The notes under the pieces were generated by a model that was not told the DNA's origin, made no database searches, and saw nothing but the letters and a program-made list of their open reading frames with translations. A DNA stretch of 64,000 nt from assembly GCA_016204605.1 (NCBI GenBank), contig JACQKK010000010.1, positions 77,549 through 141,548 of the forward strand, in the 5' to 3' direction. The DNA comes from Candidatus Lambdaproteobacteria bacterium. Its GTDB lineage: Bacteria > SAR324 > JACQKK01. Below, piece by piece: positions 1 to 13,438 of this stretch. Numbering within the stretch: the first letter of the stretch is position 1; each line of letters opens with the position of its first letter. Both the position numbers and the translations under genes were made by a program.

Positions 1-855
1 GATTTCAAGGCCGGCGTGCGCGAGCTGGCCCGGGCCGAGCAGAACCCGCTCTCGGCGTTCGTGCTCAAGCAGATCAACGCCAACTACGACATCGCCGAGG
101 CCGACGGCCGGCCCATGTGCGGCGACACGGGCCTGCCGCGCTGGTACGTCAAGGCCGGCAACGCCTGCCGCACCGAGGGCGGCTTCTTCGCCCTGGAGCG
201 CGCCCTGCGCGAGGCGACCGCAGAATCCACCCGCGAGATTCCGCTGCGTCCGAACCGCGTGCACCCGCTCACCCGCCAGGATCACGACAACAACCTCGGC
301 ACCCACGCCCCGGAGATCCAGTACGCCTTCGAGCCCGAGGGCGAGTGGCTCGACCTGACCACGGTGCACAAGGGCGGCCTGTTCGGCAGCGACTACCGCA
401 TGCTCTTCCCCGCCGACGGCATCCCCGGCATCAAGAAGTTCTTCCTCGATACGATGGTCGAGTTCGGCCGGCGCGGCATGGCCTGCCAGCCCGCCGTGGT
501 GGGTCTCGGCATCGGCGGCTGCAAGGACACCACCATGCGCATCGCCAAGGAGGCCGCCTGCCTGCGGCCCGTGGGCGACCGCAACCCCGACTCCCAGCTC
601 GCCGCGCTCGAGCTCGAGCTGAAGAAGCTCGGCAACTCGATCGGGATGGGGCCGATGGGCTTCGTGGGCAGCGCCATGGTGGTCGACGCGCACATCGAGA
701 TCGCCTACACCCACACGGGCGGCATGCCCTGCGCCATCCACACCTTCTGCTTCGCCTCGCGCCGGGCCACCGCCCGCCTCACCCCCGCGGGCGAGGTCAG
801 CTTCCGCGACGACCCCCAGTGGTTCACCGACTACTACCGCCGCGAGGGGGTGTGA
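1..855 (+). CDS. Fumarate hydratase class I (Fe-S hydro-lyase) alpha subunit, 5'-truncated by the window edge
   Basis: The reading frame is open from base 1. It has the CGDTGLP motif and overall similarity to FumA N-terminal and TtdA-type hydro-lyases, and a beta-subunit gene follows. Confidence 0.85.
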   Translation, partial: DFKAGVRELARAEQNPLSAFVLKQINANYDIAEADGRPMCGDTGLPRWYVKAGNACRTEGGFFALERALREATAESTREIPLRPNRVHPLTRQDHDNNLGTHAPEIQYAFEPEGEWLDLTTVHKGGLFGSDYRMLFPADGIPGIKKFFLDTMVEFGRRGMACQPAVVGLGIGGCKDTTMRIAKEAACLRPVGDRNPDSQLAALELELKKLGNSIGMGPMGFVGSAMVVDAHIEIAYTHTGGMPCAIHTFCFASRRATARLTPAGEVSFRDDPQWFTDYYRREGV

Positions 856-1008
856 GGCGCGCAAACGTGCACGAGTCTTGATCAAGGCCCGCGTGGCTGA
901 GGAGACCCGTGCTGCGGGTCGATTCGAAGCATGTCCTGAGTATGTCGAAGGAGCCGCGGCCCGCAGCCCATACGTATCCAGCCAGATCGCTGCAACCGGA
1001 GAGACGAG

Positions 1009-1698
1009 ATGACCATCACCAGCATCGACCAGGTGACGATGGACCAGGTGCGGCTCCGCTGCCCGGTGCGCACCGACGACCTGCGGGCGCTCAAGCTGGG
1101 CGACGTGGTCTACCTCGACGGCGTGATCTACACCGGCCGCGAGGGGCTCTACCACCGCCTGCTGGATGAGAAGCAGGAGCTGCCGGTGCCCTGGAGCACG
1201 GTCTCCAACGTCAACTTCCACTGCTCGCCGGCCGCCAGCCCCACCGAGGGGGGCGGCTACAACGTGCGCGCGGTGACGGCCACCGCGTCGTTCCGCTTCG
1301 GCAAGTGGATGCAGGCCTTTTTCGAGAAGACCGGCGCCAGGCTCATCATCGGCAAGGGCGGGATGACCTCCAAGGACTACAAGCGGCTCTACGTGCCCAA
1401 CCAGGCGCTGTACCTGACCACGGTGGGCTACGGCCTGGGCGCCATGTACGGGCGCGGCATCACCGGCGTGCGCGCCGCCCACTGGCTCAAGGAGCTGGGG
1501 ATCGCCCAGGCCGTGTGGGTGCTCGAAGTGAGCAACATGGGGCCGTTCATCGTCGAGAGCGACTCGGAGGGCAACAGCCTGTTCGAGCTCGCCAACAAGA
1601 AGATCAACGAGAACCTGGCCGAGGTCTACCAGGGGCTGCCCCAGCCCGTGCTGCGCCGCTTCGGCGAGGAGACGGACCGGCGCGAGGAGGTGGTGTGA
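1009..1698 (+). CDS. Fumarate hydratase class I beta subunit (Fe-S hydro-lyase beta)
   Basis: 229 aa with the KGGMTSKDY..GRGITG..EVSNMGPFIV region typical of FumB-C-terminal/TtdB family proteins. It lies directly downstream of the alpha subunit. Confidence 0.85.
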   Translation: MTITSIDQVTMDQVRLRCPVRTDDLRALKLGDVVYLDGVIYTGREGLYHRLLDEKQELPVPWSTVSNVNFHCSPAASPTEGGGYNVRAVTATASFRFGKWMQAFFEKTGARLIIGKGGMTSKDYKRLYVPNQALYLTTVGYGLGAMYGRGITGVRAAHWLKELGIAQAVWVLEVSNMGPFIVESDSEGNSLFELANKKINENLAEVYQGLPQPVLRRFGEETDRREEVV

Positions 1699-2075
1699 GC
1701 GCGCCCGAGACGCGATCGGCCGGGCGACGCAGCAACGGCCTCTGGGGCTGGCTGCTGCAGCGGGTGAGCGGCATCTTCCTCGCCTACGCGCTGGTGGTGC
1801 ACCTGTGGACGGTGCACGTGGTCAACGTGGACCGGTTGACCTGGGCCACCATCTCCGCGCGGCTCCAGGACGGCACGCTCTGGACGGTCTACTACCTGCT
1901 GTTCGTGCCGGCCGTCGTGTACCACGCCCTGAACGGGGTGTGGGGCATCGCGCTCGACTACAGCCCCGCCCCGGCGGCGCGGCGGGGGATCGCGCTGGCG
2001 CTGTGGGCGGCCGGGCTGGCCCTGCTGGTCTACGGCTACTTCGGCCTGCGGCCCCTGTTCGGCGCGGGAGGCTGA
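1695..2075 (+). CDS. sdhC: Succinate dehydrogenase/fumarate reductase cytochrome b membrane subunit
   Basis: The GTG start overlaps the fumB stop (GTGA). The ~126-aa product has three TM segments and a conserved His (YHALNGV). It sits in an sdh/frd cluster. Confidence 0.7.
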   Translation: MSAPETRSAGRRSNGLWGWLLQRVSGIFLAYALVVHLWTVHVVNVDRLTWATISARLQDGTLWTVYYLLFVPAVVYHALNGVWGIALDYSPAPAARRGIALALWAAGLALLVYGYFGLRPLFGAGG

Positions 2076-2079
2076 GGCC

Positions 2080-2469
2080 ATGACCGCCCTCGTCGCCTAC
2101 CTGCGCCGCAGCCTGCTCCCCCAGGTCAACGTCGGCAACGCCGCCTGGCTGCTCCACCGGCTGACCGGGCTCGCCCTGGCCGTGTACCTGCTGCCCCACT
2201 TCGTCTCGATCAACGGCTCGCGCGCCGGGCCGGCGGCGTTCGATGCCGGGCTGGCGGTGTTCACGGCGCCCCTCTACAAGGCGGCGGAGTGGCTGCTGAT
2301 CGGCACCGTGGCCTTCCACGGGTTCAACGGGCTGCGCGTCATCGCCATCGACTTCTTCGCCCTGAGCGGCCGGCAGAAGCTCTTGTTCTGGCTGGTCATG
2401 GCCGCCACGGCGGCGGTGCTGCTCGCCGCCTCGCTGCTGTTCGTCCCGCGCATCCTGGCGCCGGCCTGA
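2080..2469 (+). CDS. sdhD: Succinate dehydrogenase/fumarate reductase hydrophobic membrane anchor subunit
   Basis: 129 aa, multi-TM, with an HGFNGLR motif. It is adjacent to sdhC. Confidence 0.7.
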   Translation: MTALVAYLRRSLLPQVNVGNAAWLLHRLTGLALAVYLLPHFVSINGSRAGPAAFDAGLAVFTAPLYKAAEWLLIGTVAFHGFNGLRVIAIDFFALSGRQKLLFWLVMAATAAVLLAASLLFVPRILAPA

Positions 2470-2577
2470 GAAAACCAACACGCACCATTTGGCGATGCAT
2501 GTTGTACGTGAGCAATACTGTGATGCAGCAGAAAGAAAGTCCAGCGCAATACTGAACTCTTGCCGGAGCGGCCGCAA

Positions 2578-3033
2578 ATGAACGATAAGGAGAAAATTGA
2601 CATATTGCTCAAGCAGGCCGAATTCTCTCTAGGCCAATTGCGCTTCCGCCAGCAACAAGAATGGCGCCTCAGTCTTTCCTTCTGGGGGCTCATCGCGGTC
2701 GCTGTCGGATTTTCGTGGATCAACATACCAGGCGTGCCAAAGTTCCCCATCATCCCTCTTTTGCTCTTTGAGGTTTTTGTCTTCGTAACCTACATCGTTG
2801 TGTGGGGGATTGGTATATGGAAAGGCAACTTCTATATTTCAAGAAGAGCCTATCATTACCGAGATGAAGCCTTAAGAATATTGGCAAATCCGAATCACGT
2901 ACTACAGCTATTTCCTTTTTATCCCGACTATAGATTTCCGCGAGCTGTCTGGTATCTGCTTTTTCGGGCACCGTTAACGCAAGTATTTGTAACGTTTCTA
3001 CTTCTTGCAATCAGTTTCTTTATTCTGGTTTAG
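2578..3033 (+). CDS. Hypothetical multi-TM membrane protein encoded on an AT-rich insert
   Basis: ORF 2560/2578..3033 sits in a segment (about 2470-3140) whose GC is far below the ~70% flanks. The product is very hydrophobic with several TM helices. I recognise no family. Confidence 0.45.
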   Translation: MNDKEKIDILLKQAEFSLGQLRFRQQQEWRLSLSFWGLIAVAVGFSWINIPGVPKFPIIPLLLFEVFVFVTYIVVWGIGIWKGNFYISRRAYHYRDEALRILANPNHVLQLFPFYPDYRFPRAVWYLLFRAPLTQVFVTFLLLAISFFILV

Positions 3034-3141
3034 ATGTTGTGCCCATCTGAGACATATCCAAGATGAAGTCGTTCGCATAGTGTAAAAATATTATCTTACC
3101 GATGTTATCAAGCCCCATTATCTTCTTGCAGAGAATGGACG

Positions 3142-4899
3142 ATGCCAAGCGCAAGCTGGGAGACGCTGGAGACCGACGTGCTGGTGCTGGGCAGCGGCGG
3201 GGCGGGGCTGTGCGCAGCTCTGCACATGGCCGACGCTGGGCGCCCGCCGCGGGTGACGCTCGCCGTGAAGGGGCTGTTCGGCAAGTCGGGCTGCACGCGC
3301 ATGGTGCAGGGCGGCTACAACGTGGTGCTCAACCCCAAGGACTCGCTGGAGGCGCACTTCGCCGATACCATCAAGGGCGGCCAATGGATCAACAACCAGG
3401 AGCTGGCCTGGCTGCTGGTGCAGCAGGCGCCGGGGCGCGTGCTGGAGCTGGAGAACCGCGCGGGCTGCTTCTTCGACCGTGACGCCGAGGGCAACGTCCA
3501 CCAAAAGCCCTTCGCCGGGCAGTCCTTCGACCGCACGGTGCACAAGGGCGACCTGACCGGAATCGAGATCATCAACCGCCTGGCCGAGCAGGTGCGCGCC
3601 GCGCCCAACACCACGATTCTCGAAGAGGTGCGCGCCGTCGAGCTGCTGCACGACGCCGCGGGCCAGCGCATCGTGGGCGCGCTGCTGGTGAACCAGCGCA
3701 CGGGGGGGTTCATCTGCGCCCGCGCCAAGGCCACGCTGCTCGCGACGGGCGGCGGGCCGACCATGTACAAGATCTCGGCGCCCTGCCAGGAGAAGTCCTG
3801 CGATGGCATCGCGATGGGCTACCGCGCCGGCGCCACGCTGATGGACATGGAGATGGTGCAGTTCCACCCGACCGGCCTGCTGGTGGCCAACCAGTTGATC
3901 TCCGGCACGGTGCTCGAGGAGGGTCTGCGCGGCGTGGGCGCCCACCTGGTCAACGGCAAGGGCGAGCGCTTCATGCACAAGTACGATCCGCGCGGCGAGC
4001 GGGCCACCCGCGATATCGTCTCCCGCAGCTGCTTCATCGAGGTGATGGAGGGGCGCGGCACGCGGGAGGAGGGCGTGCTGCTCGATGCCTCGCACCTGGG
4101 CGCCGAGTTCGTGCTGAAGAACTTCAAGGGCATGACCTTGCGCTGCCGCGACGTGGGGTACGATCTCACCCGCGAGCCGGTGCCGATCTCCCCCACGGCC
4201 CACTTCATGATGGGCGGCGTGCAGATCGACACCCGCTGCCGCACGGAGCTCGAGGGGCTGTTCGTGGCGGGCGAGGATGCGGCGGGCGTCCATGGCGCCA
4301 ACCGGCTCGGCGGCAACGGCGTGGCCGAATCGACCGTCTTCGGCGGCATCGCGGGCGATGTCATCGCGCGCTGGGTGCTGGAGGCGCCGCTCGTGCCCGT
4401 CGTCGAAGCGGAGCTGCGGGAAGGCATCGCCCGCAGCCTGGCGCCCTTCGCCAACACCGGCACGGGCTCGGTCTATCCCCTGCGCACCCGGCTGCGGGAG
4501 ACCATGTGGCGCAACGCGGGGCTCGTGCGCAGCGAGGCCACCCTGCGCGCGGCCGAGGCCGATCTCGACGACCTCCGCCAGCAGCTCGCACGGGTCGCGC
4601 TGCCCTCAGGGCGCGCCTACAACATGGCCTGGATGGATGCACTGAACCTGGAGAGCTACCTCGACATCTCGGGGGCGATCGTGCGGGCCGCGCTGGCCCG
4701 GCGCGAGAGCCGCGGCTCCCACTTCCGCTCCGACTTCCCGGAGAAGGACGACGCGCACTTTCTCTGCAACCTGCTGCTGACCCGCGACGACCGCGACCCC
4801 ATCCCGCAGGCCATCGACTTCTCCCGCCTCAAGCCGGACCATCCCGACATCTTCAACCGCTTCGACGTGGTGGGCCGCCCGCCGACGAAGGCGCTGTAG
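3142..4899 (+). CDS. sdhA: Succinate dehydrogenase/fumarate reductase flavoprotein subunit
   Basis: 585 aa with an N-terminal GSGGAG FAD-binding fold, HFMMGG, and the RSHFRSDFPEKDD C-terminal region typical of SdhA/FrdA. Confidence 0.9.
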   Translation: MPSASWETLETDVLVLGSGGAGLCAALHMADAGRPPRVTLAVKGLFGKSGCTRMVQGGYNVVLNPKDSLEAHFADTIKGGQWINNQELAWLLVQQAPGRVLELENRAGCFFDRDAEGNVHQKPFAGQSFDRTVHKGDLTGIEIINRLAEQVRAAPNTTILEEVRAVELLHDAAGQRIVGALLVNQRTGGFICARAKATLLATGGGPTMYKISAPCQEKSCDGIAMGYRAGATLMDMEMVQFHPTGLLVANQLISGTVLEEGLRGVGAHLVNGKGERFMHKYDPRGERATRDIVSRSCFIEVMEGRGTREEGVLLDASHLGAEFVLKNFKGMTLRCRDVGYDLTREPVPISPTAHFMMGGVQIDTRCRTELEGLFVAGEDAAGVHGANRLGGNGVAESTVFGGIAGDVIARWVLEAPLVPVVEAELREGIARSLAPFANTGTGSVYPLRTRLRETMWRNAGLVRSEATLRAAEADLDDLRQQLARVALPSGRAYNMAWMDALNLESYLDISGAIVRAALARRESRGSHFRSDFPEKDDAHFLCNLLLTRDDRDPIPQAIDFSRLKPDHPDIFNRFDVVGRPPTKAL

Positions 4900-5429
4900 C
4901 CCCCGGTTCGCATTCCCCGGCAGGCCGATCGGCGCGAACGATCGCGTCCTGCACGAGCACCGAGCTCTCCGCGACGCACGTCCTGGGCGGCGCCCAAGGT
5001 GGCGGCTGGGTGCCACGGCAACCGGCCTCCGGCGACGACTCCACGAGCGGTCGGGATCACGCAAGTCTGCGGCAACGGGCCCTCCGGCGTCGCTCCCGGT
5101 TCGGTCGCAGCAATTCCGCTCAAGTTCGGCGGGAATGGCTGTTGTGGGCTGTTTGCGCCCCATCCCGGTCGAGGATATCCATTGACACCCCTGGACGACC
5201 CGTGTTACTTCCAGTCGCTTCGGGTTTGATGGGGATGGGCGTGGCGCCTGTCCCGCGCGGTGTGCCTCGCCTGGTGCGCCGCGGTGTGGTGAACGATCGC
5301 GCCCGCGCTCTTCCGGTAGGGTACCTGCTCCGCAGGGTACGTTGCACGCCGTTCGCGTGAATCCCGGTTCGGCCCCGCGCATTTGACGACGCCCAAGACG
5401 CCCTCGGGCCAAGACGACCTCGGGTTCGT

Positions 5430-5900
5430 ATGGATTTCCGTGCCTCGAAATATCTCGTAGAAGTCTTCAACTTCGACGTGCTGCACATGCAGCTCAACAC
5501 GTCCCTGTTCATCCTGGGCCTCGTGTTGATCGTGATGTTCCTCATGAACCGCTGGCTGTTCAAGCCGGTGCTGCGGACGATGCAGAACCGCGAAAGACTG
5601 GTCGTCGAGCTGCACGCCACGTCCGAAGCGCAGCGGGCGGAGATCGGCCGGCTCACCCAGACCTACGAGGAGCAGCTCCGGCAGGCGCGCGAGGAGGTGG
5701 CCCGCGTGCGGCAGGAGGCGCGGCGCGAGGCGCAGCAGGCCGTGGAGGCCGTGCTGGCGCGCGCACGCCGGGAGGCGGCGGCGGAGCTGGCCGCCGCCGT
5801 CGCGGCGCTCGGGGCCGACGTGCGCGAAGCCCGCGCCCAACTGGGCCGCAGCGCCGATCTGCTGGCGGAGCGCGTGGCCACCCGCCTGCTCAGCGCGTGA
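5430..5900 (+). CDS. atpF: F-type ATP synthase subunit b' (second b-type stator subunit)
   Basis: 156 aa with an N-terminal TM helix and a long charged coiled-coil. The FKPVLRTMQNRE motif is typical of b/b'. It comes first in the atp gene run. Confidence 0.75.
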   Translation: MDFRASKYLVEVFNFDVLHMQLNTSLFILGLVLIVMFLMNRWLFKPVLRTMQNRERLVVELHATSEAQRAEIGRLTQTYEEQLRQAREEVARVRQEARREAQQAVEAVLARARREAAAELAAAVAALGADVREARAQLGRSADLLAERVATRLLSA

Positions 5901-6523
5901 AGGAGCGCATGGTGATGAAGACCCGGCACCTTTGGAGGTCGGCGGCCCGCGCTGCGGTCGCACTGGGCGCGGCGCTGTTCACCGTGCTGTGCACTGCACT
6001 GCTGACGGTGCCGGCATGGGCGGCGGAGCAGGCCGGCCATGGCAGTCCGTGGCTGGAACTGCTGTGGAAGACCATCAACTTCGCCGTCCTGATGGGGCTG
6101 CTGATCTACTTCCTGCGCAAGCCGATCGCGGGCTACCTCGCGCGCAGCGCCGGCGAGATGAAGCAGGGCCTCGACGACGCGCGCAGGAGCGCCGCGGAGA
6201 CGGCTGCACAGGTTCTGCAGCAGAAGCGGAACATCGAAGGCATGCAGGCCGAGCTCGAACGGATGGTGGCCGCCGCCAAGGCCGACGCCGCGCTGGAGCT
6301 GCGCCGCATGACCGAGGAGGCCGAGGCCCACGCGACGAAGAGCAAGGCCCAGACGGCGCTCCAGATCGAGCAGGAGGTGCGCAAGGCGCGCCAGGCCCTG
6401 CAAGAGGAGATCGCCGACCAGACCACGCGCATCGCCGAGCGGCTGATCCGTGCGCGCATGACGCCGGAGCGGCAGCAGCGCCTGGTCGCCGGATACGCGC
6501 GCCAGATGGGAGGCCAGCGATGA
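5897..6523 (+). CDS. atpF: F-type ATP synthase subunit b
   Basis: 208 aa with a TM segment plus an Ala/Glu/Arg-rich coiled-coil. It overlaps the upstream stop and is followed by delta. Confidence 0.75.
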   Translation: MKERMVMKTRHLWRSAARAAVALGAALFTVLCTALLTVPAWAAEQAGHGSPWLELLWKTINFAVLMGLLIYFLRKPIAGYLARSAGEMKQGLDDARRSAAETAAQVLQQKRNIEGMQAELERMVAAAKADAALELRRMTEEAEAHATKSKAQTALQIEQEVRKARQALQEEIADQTTRIAERLIRARMTPERQQRLVAGYARQMGGQR

Positions 6524-7062
6524 GCACCGCCGTGATCTCCCTGCGCTACGCGCGGGCGCTGATGAACCTCGCCGCCAAGGCCGGCCAGGTGGATGCCGTG
6601 GGCCGGGGGCTCGATGACCTGGCCGGCGCGCTGGAGTCCTCCCCCGCCCTGACCGGACTGCTCACCGAACCGCGGGTGTCGCACGCCCAGAAGAACGAGG
6701 TGCTGGGCCAACTGCTGCACCGCTTGCAGGCGCCGGCGCTGGTGACCACGTTTGTGCGCTTCGTCGCCCAGCAGCGGCGCACCCCGCTGCTGGCCGAAAT
6801 CGGCGCGCTGTACCGCCGGCTGGCCGATGAGCGCCAGGGGCGCGCCCAGGCCGAGGTGACGGTGGCGGAGCCCCTCGCGGCCGAGCAGCAGGAGGATCTG
6901 CGCCGGCGGATCGAGGCGCTGACCGGCAAGACCATCACGCTGCACGTACAGGTGGATCCCGCGATCCTGGGCGGCGTCGTCACCCGCATCGGCAACACGG
7001 TGCGCGATGGCAGCCTGCGCAGCCAACTGAACCACGTCCGACAATCGATCAGGGAAGGATGA
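6520..7062 (+). CDS. atpH: F-type ATP synthase subunit delta (OSCP)
   Basis: The ATG overlaps the atpF stop (ATGA). The product begins [14 protein letters not shown] and ends with a [23 protein letters not shown]-like C-terminus. Confidence 0.8.
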   Translation: MSTAVISLRYARALMNLAAKAGQVDAVGRGLDDLAGALESSPALTGLLTEPRVSHAQKNEVLGQLLHRLQAPALVTTFVRFVAQQRRTPLLAEIGALYRRLADERQGRAQAEVTVAEPLAAEQQEDLRRRIEALTGKTITLHVQVDPAILGGVVTRIGNTVRDGSLRSQLNHVRQSIREG

Positions 7063-7069
7063 GTCCGCG

Positions 7070-8581
<1,512 letters not shown>

Positions 8582-8602
8582 CCGGACGGGCGCGCGTTTC
8601 TT

Positions 8603-10955
<2,353 letters not shown>

Positions 10956-11330
10956 CCCGCCAGCACCGGGCAGTCCCGCCGCGGCCCTGCACGCCTGCGG
11001 GGTCGCCATCCCGTCTGGCGCTCCTCCCGCCCGGCCCGATCGCGGTGTCTGGCCGCAGATCGGTCGCCTTGGCACCCCTCCGCTGGCGGTCACCGCCGCC
11101 GCACCAATGAACCCTGTTGCACGATGCGGGGCGTCGCCGCCCACCCCTCCGCCGGGGCCGCGGGGCTGCACCCCGCTGGGCGCCTGCGGCGCGGTCGCGC
11201 GCCCTCGCCCCATGCGCTGGATGCAGGGAGCCCTGCGGCCTGCCGGCAAGTGAACGTGGGGCGGGGCGGTCGAGGGGGTGAGGTCTCGTGCCAACTCGCC
11301 GGGCGTTGCGGGGGCGAACGCGCCTCGCCG

Positions 11331-11570
11331 CTACTGGCACAGGCGCTTCAGCCAGCCCACCACGAGACGGGTCTCCCGCTCCTCGAACTGGGCCCGCTCG
11401 AGCTTGCCCTGGCGGAATCCGCTGCGCAGATAGTGCAGCTTGGCGAGCCACTCGGTCTCGTCGGCGCAGTCGCTCCACCCCTCGCGGGCGCGCTTGACGA
11501 GGCGCTCGTACTCCGCCTCTTCGATCGGCTGCGGGACGCGCTCCGAGAACGGGCGCAACGGGATCGCCAT
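11331..11570 (-). CDS. Hypothetical small protein (79 aa) downstream of apt
   Basis: The ORF has an ATG and GC-rich codon usage and is co-directional with apt. I recognise no family. Confidence 0.35.
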   Translation of the reverse strand: MAIPLRPFSERVPQPIEEAEYERLVKRAREGWSDCADETEWLAKLHYLRSGFRQGKLERAQFEERETRLVVGWLKRLCQ

Positions 11571-11580
11571 CAGGTGGCCC

Positions 11581-12105
11581 TCATTCGCCCGCGAATTCCA
11601 CCAGGGCGTCGACGGGGTATCGCCCCAGCCGGTCGCGCCCCTTGAGATCGACCAATTCCACCACGAACGCGCAGCCGGCGACATGGGAACCCACCTGCTC
11701 GACCAGCCGGCAGGCCGCTTCCATGGTGCCGCCGGTCGCGAGCAGATCGTCGACCATCAGCACGCGGCTCCCGCGGCGGAGCGCATCGACGTGGATTTCG
11801 AGGCGATCCGTGCCGTATTCGAGCGCATACTCGACCCCCAGCTTCGGCCCCGGCAGCTTGCCCGGCTTGCGCACCGGCACGAACCCCTTGCCCAGCGCGT
11901 AGGCCACCGGCGCGGCCAGGATGAACCCCCGCGATTCCACCCCCACCACCGCATCGAACGCCGTGGCGCGATGGCGCTCGATCAGCGCATCCACGGCCCG
12001 CCGGAACCCTTCGGGGTGAAGGAACAGCGTCGTCAGGTCGCGGAACTCGATGCCCGGCTTGGGAAAGTCGGGAATGGTGCGGATGTACTGCTTGAGATGA
12101 TCCAT
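11581..12105 (-). CDS. apt: Adenine phosphoribosyltransferase
   Basis: 174 aa with a VLMVDDLLATGGT PRPP-binding motif and overall Apt similarity. Confidence 0.9.
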   Translation of the reverse strand: MDHLKQYIRTIPDFPKPGIEFRDLTTLFLHPEGFRRAVDALIERHRATAFDAVVGVESRGFILAAPVAYALGKGFVPVRKPGKLPGPKLGVEYALEYGTDRLEIHVDALRRGSRVLMVDDLLATGGTMEAACRLVEQVGSHVAGCAFVVELVDLKGRDRLGRYPVDALVEFAGE

Positions 12106-12214
12106 GTCGCGAGGAGTTCGCTCCAGCGTGTGTGGACGTGGCCGGCGACGCCGTGCGGGAATCGCGCGCGCTGCCCGCCTGCGGCGGGAGCCTGGGGCCG
12201 GGCCGCGGGCCGTT

Positions 12215-13375
12215 TCAAGAGGCGGTCGTGGCCGTGCCCTGGTCGGCGCCCGCCGGTGGCGCCTGCGGGGCGGGGCGGGACTGCAACTGCTGCAGGAAGC
12301 GGCTGAGCTTCAGCCGGTTGAGCTCCTTCATCCCGACGAACTCGCCGTGCATCTGGAGGGTCCCGTCCGCGCGCTGCTGGGTGCCCACCACTGTGCCGAC
12401 AAGGTCATCGCGGATCTGGGCCTCGACGAGGCGGAACAGCACCATGTCGCCCTCCTGCGGGTCCTGCTCACCCTGCGGCACGATCAGCAGCGCACCGCCG
12501 ATGCTGAGGTCTTCCACGTGGCCGTGTAGGGCGTACTGCGATTCGTCCGCCTTGAAGTGGCTGTGGCTGCGGGCCGCAGCCACCTCATGGCGCACGATGA
12601 AGAACTGCGTGTCGATATGCACTTGGAGCCGCGCGGCGTTGCGGAACAACAGCCGCTGAATCTCGCCGGTGTGCTCGACGGCGACCGCCTGCTGGCTCTG
12701 GCCCACCACCTGCGCCGTGAACTGGTACTCGGCATCGTCCTCCCGTGCAATCCGGAACGTGAGGGCGTGGAACCTGCGCAAGTCCACCGGCTTCCCTTTC
12801 ACCGTGGGCGGCCTGATGAACATGTGCCGCTCCGTCACCCCCACCACGGAGGTGAGGAAGGTGATCTCGCGCTTGACGGGAAGCCTGCATTGTACGCGCA
12901 ACCCCGCGGAGAGCATCCGCGTGTCATCGAACGGATTGCGCCGGTTGTTGAACCCGTATCCCAGCTTCTGGCGCAGATAGGCCGCCTTGCGCAGGGCGGC
13001 GTGCTCGGGGAAGCTTTCCCGGAAGGCGGCCACGGCCTCCTCGAACGCCTTGCGCACTTCGATCAGCGGGATGTTCCGCACCGGATCGACGCTCTGGGAG
13101 AAGGTTTCCAGCAACTCCCGGTCTCGCTCGTTCAAGCCCAGCTCGGTGAGAAACAGCCTGAAGCGCGCTTCCTCGCGCTGCTTGTTGTACTCGCTCGCCT
13201 GGAGCCGGCGCTTGAGATACAAGAGGAACAGGATGCCGAGGATGAGCAGCACCACTCCCAGCACGCTGAACATCACGACCTGATTGAGGCCGGCCGATTC
13301 GCTCTGCTGGAACTGGAGGTACTTGAGATCCAGCTCGGTGGCGACGGCGAGGATGGGTGGCGCGTGCATAGTCAC
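12215..13375 (-). CDS. Membrane-anchored PilZ-domain protein (putative c-di-GMP receptor, YcgR-like)
   Basis: 386 aa with an N-terminal TM helix. The C-terminal region carries the PilZ motifs RxxxR (FRNAAR) and DxSxGG (EDLSIGG). Confidence 0.6.
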   Translation of the reverse strand: MTMHAPPILAVATELDLKYLQFQQSESAGLNQVVMFSVLGVVLLILGILFLLYLKRRLQASEYNKQREEARFRLFLTELGLNERDRELLETFSQSVDPVRNIPLIEVRKAFEEAVAAFRESFPEHAALRKAAYLRQKLGYGFNNRRNPFDDTRMLSAGLRVQCRLPVKREITFLTSVVGVTERHMFIRPPTVKGKPVDLRRFHALTFRIAREDDAEYQFTAQVVGQSQQAVAVEHTGEIQRLLFRNAARLQVHIDTQFFIVRHEVAAARSHSHFKADESQYALHGHVEDLSIGGALLIVPQGEQDPQEGDMVLFRLVEAQIRDDLVGTVVGTQQRADGTLQMHGEFVGMKELNRLKLSRFLQQLQSRPAPQAPPAGADQGTATTAS

Positions 13376-13438
13376 CCCGGGCAGACGGTGAGGGGAGGGG
13401 ATCGTGCAACGATCAGTGTACCACTACGGGGGAAAAAG

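Noticed and set aside
3118-4293. 391-aa minus-strand ORF antisense to sdhA
   Set aside because: It is antisense to a strongly supported flavoprotein gene. Its Arg/Ala/Gly-rich composition is typical of out-of-frame translation of 70% GC DNA.
4900-5429. Possible degraded sdhB between sdhA and the atp operon
   Set aside because: None of the frames shows the Cys clusters or the length expected for an Fe-S subunit. Only short, low-complexity ORFs are present.
10956-11330. Searched for atpC (epsilon) downstream of atpD
   Set aside because: No frame gives an epsilon-like product (a beta-sandwich start such as MxxLxVxIVTPE). The region looks like a convergent intergenic spacer.
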